NCBI GenBank assembly: GCA_028534125.1
Contig: CM052817.1
Location: forward strand, 48,486,001 to 48,550,000
Direction: 5' to 3'
Source of the DNA: Lama glama
Lineage: Eukaryota
Length of the DNA: 64,000 nucleotides
The notes beneath the pieces were generated by a model, which worked only from the letters and a program-made list of their open reading frames with translations, ran no database searches and was not told the origin of the DNA. A program made the position numbers and the translations under genes. This document shows positions 61,649 through 64,000 of the stretch, piece by piece; position 1 is the stretch's first letter; each line of letters begins with the position of its first letter.

Positions 61649-63065
61649 GCAGCTAACACAGTTAACAGTACTCATTCACTGAGCCAACAACCTCCTTTTT
61701 CTCTTGTCTATGAACTGTCAATCAACTAGACAATACGAATTTTTTTGTTCATCAAAATATAATTAATTATATTAAAAGTAGAATAAAAATGGAATAAAAA
61801 TAGTCTGTAGAAAATGAGATGAAACTCAGGATAATTTACTCATTCAAAGTAAAATGCTAAAGAAGAAACTATTGGGCCTCACTGGAGAGAGAAAACTGCT
61901 TTAGTTTTTTGCCCGGTGTGACCAAATCTACCCAGGACCATACTGTCCCAAGTCTGATACGAACACCAAGAAGTTTAAGACAAATTCTGCTCTCAAGGAT
62001 TTTACACTTTAACTAGGAATATAAACATACATGAATCAGAGAACATGTCAAAAGCTTCAACCTCCAAGTTCTGCAGAACCTGAGTGAATGGGGAAATGAT
62101 TGCGGGCCAAAGCTGTCAGGGAGTGTGTCCCAGAGCTCTCCTCTAGACTGCAGGGGCTGCAGTGGGAGGGAGATGCGGTGTAAATGCTCTGGGTGGAACG
62201 TCACAGGAACGAGGCAGGAGAGGAGGCTCAGGGCCGCTGACACAGTCAGTGACAAGGCCAGCGTGGGCAGAGTAGTGGACGTGTGCTATGAGAGTGTGCC
62301 CTGCAGCGTGTGCTATGAGAATGTGCCCAGCAAAAGTGGGAGAACATAAAATGATGCAATAAAGTGGAGCCAAACTTCAATTTTTCTATTTTTATTATAA
62401 AAAAATGTATTAATGAGCTCCCTAAAGTTAGGTGCCAATTACAGGGAAAAAAAATGATTGGTTTGTGGAACCTTCATACATTACAACACATGTGCTACTT
62501 TTCAAAGTAATTCCACCAGCTACCACATGACCAAGCTGAAAGTATCTTAATGTTATGGAAATCTACAAATCAGAGAGCAACATTCCAGACCGAATACTTG
62601 AAGTTCCTGGGATCTGTTCGTGGAATTCATAGAAATATGTACGTATCTATTTTTTTGGCATGAATGATAAAAAATTTACATTTTCCAACAAACAAATGAG
62701 AAAACAGCCACCGGAATACATGATATAATCTTGAAATAAAGTTCCCTTTGAACATGTTATTAAATAACAAATATTCTAAATGAACAGCATACACATATAT
62801 TAATGCCACTTTACTTGGAACCATAAAGATAAAGATTTTAAATGCAAGACTCTGAAAACCCTAATCCTGTATGAAGTACCTGCATGGAAAATCTGGCAAA
62901 TATGCTTACTGCTCCAGTTACTGTCATGGGAAATAAAACCTAAAGCGGACACTTCCTCTTATGGAAAACAATCAAAAGGTGGTTAGAAAGTTTAAAAGAA
63001 AAAAGAAAGAAAAAGAAAGAAAGAAAGGGAGAAAAAAGGCTAAAAGATGTTGGTGTGGCACGCAC

Positions 63066-63119
63066 CTTCTGTATCATCGCGCATTTGCTCCACCAAATCT
63101 GTCAAATCCTCCCAAGAGT
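63066..63119 (-). CDS. RUFY3: RUFY3 54-nt symmetric (phase 1-1) cassette exon, singar2-type 18-aa insert upstream of the RUN domain
   Basis: tttgcaaag|ACTCTTGGGAGGATTTGACAGATTTGGTGGAGCAAATGCGCGATGATACAGAAG|gtgcgt; (D)SWEDLTDLVEQMRDDTE(D); resembles the rodent singar2 insert as recalled; absent from the ORF track. Confidence 0.85.
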
Positions 63120-64000
63120 CTTTGCAAACGGCAAAAAGAAAGGAAAAGAAAGATAAAATGTCATGCAAGCCAAGAAAGAAAAGTGTTATTAAAAACAAGG
63201 TTTCAAAAGGGATAACTGAAAGGGAGATTCCCAGAACTCTTTGAGCTTAGCCCAAGAGGTTAGCAGTCACCCAAGGAGGAATGTGACACTAACAAAGCAG
63301 AGATATTAACTGTGATATTAAATGTCGCAAAGCTGAGATTAATAATTTCAGTTTTTAATAAAAGGGAAGGTGCACATCCCATAAAAAACTAACAGGTTTT
63401 TTTTCCCCCACTGAAAATCAAGATTAGATTCTTGGTATTCTAAGTGTACGCAACCTCATTCAATATCTATTTTCATCCCCTCAGTGAAGCTGAAAAACAT
63501 GTGAGGTGTTTTTTAGACTCAGGCCAAATATCATGCAAAACTAGTGACTTGGAATAATAAAGAAAAATCTCAATAGTCTTCCTGATGCCCTCCACCCCAA
63601 CAGTTCTCCTTCCCCAAAACAAAAATAAAGGAAAAGTTGCTGTTTTGAAGACAAAATAAATCACTTATAATAAAATGAACACAGATAATGTTTATCCAGT
63701 TAAAAGTATAGTACTCTCTCCTCTTACTGTAAATTCAATGTTCTTGCACACAGAATAGTGAGAATATGAAGTGAAAGAACAAGAATGTCAAGATTACAAA
63801 TGTAACAGATTATTCTATTATTCTATAGTAGGTAGATTCTATTTTAGTGTCTTCTAACAGTGTCTTAAAACTGATAGATCATTTTCTGTTCTGAAATAAG
63901 TTTTGAGAACCTATAGAAATTTTAAAAAATGGATTAGCATCTTCCTTCAGTAACTCTGAAACCATTATTTTACACACAATGGCATATTCATACTTAAACT

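Larger units (their letters stand above)
16867..63119 (-). other. RUFY3: RUFY3 gene (RUN and FYVE domain containing 3, singar), all but the first exon(s); 3' end approximate
   Basis: GT-AG exons on - splice in frame to [37 protein letters not shown]...(RUN)...coiled coils...alternative C-termini; adjacent to GRSF1 as in other mammals. Confidence 0.97.

Noticed and set aside
1..64000. CRISPR arrays, operons, rRNA or other prokaryotic or viral systems
   Set aside because: No repeat-spacer arrays, long intronless ORFs or rRNA motifs; the window is explained as two spliced mammalian genes plus interspersed repeats.

Overview
Mammalian genomic DNA with spliceosomal introns and many interspersed repeats. 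Four tRNA-derived SINEs resemble the camelid Vic-1 family, so a camelid origin is likely (inference). Two genes converge tail-to-tail. GRSF1 (+ strand) shows its last 7 coding exons (130-6206, qRRM1 C-half to qRRM3) and a non-coding terminal exon from 7196 to about 8320. RUFY3 (- strand) shows a 54-nt cassette exon at 63066-63119, the RUN and coiled-coil exons (47209 down to 30859), a short-isoform terminal exon (29342-29270) and six long-isoform exons ending in a degenerate FYVE finger (26844-18168). The first exons of both genes lie outside the window. I checked all exon phases by hand and they splice into open frames. Protein and repeat-family identities come from recall, not database searches. 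No prokaryote-type system is present and I cannot claim a proven new system. Best leads: (1) a 1.24-kb polyadenylated, TSD-flanked retro-insertion made of scrambled L1 pieces; (2) the RUFY3 cassette exon, which encodes a LIR/AIM-like SWEDL motif and has neural-splicing cis-elements; (3) a U6-L1 chimera nested in an older L1; (4) a candidate 16-nt poison microexon or alternative donor in GRSF1.
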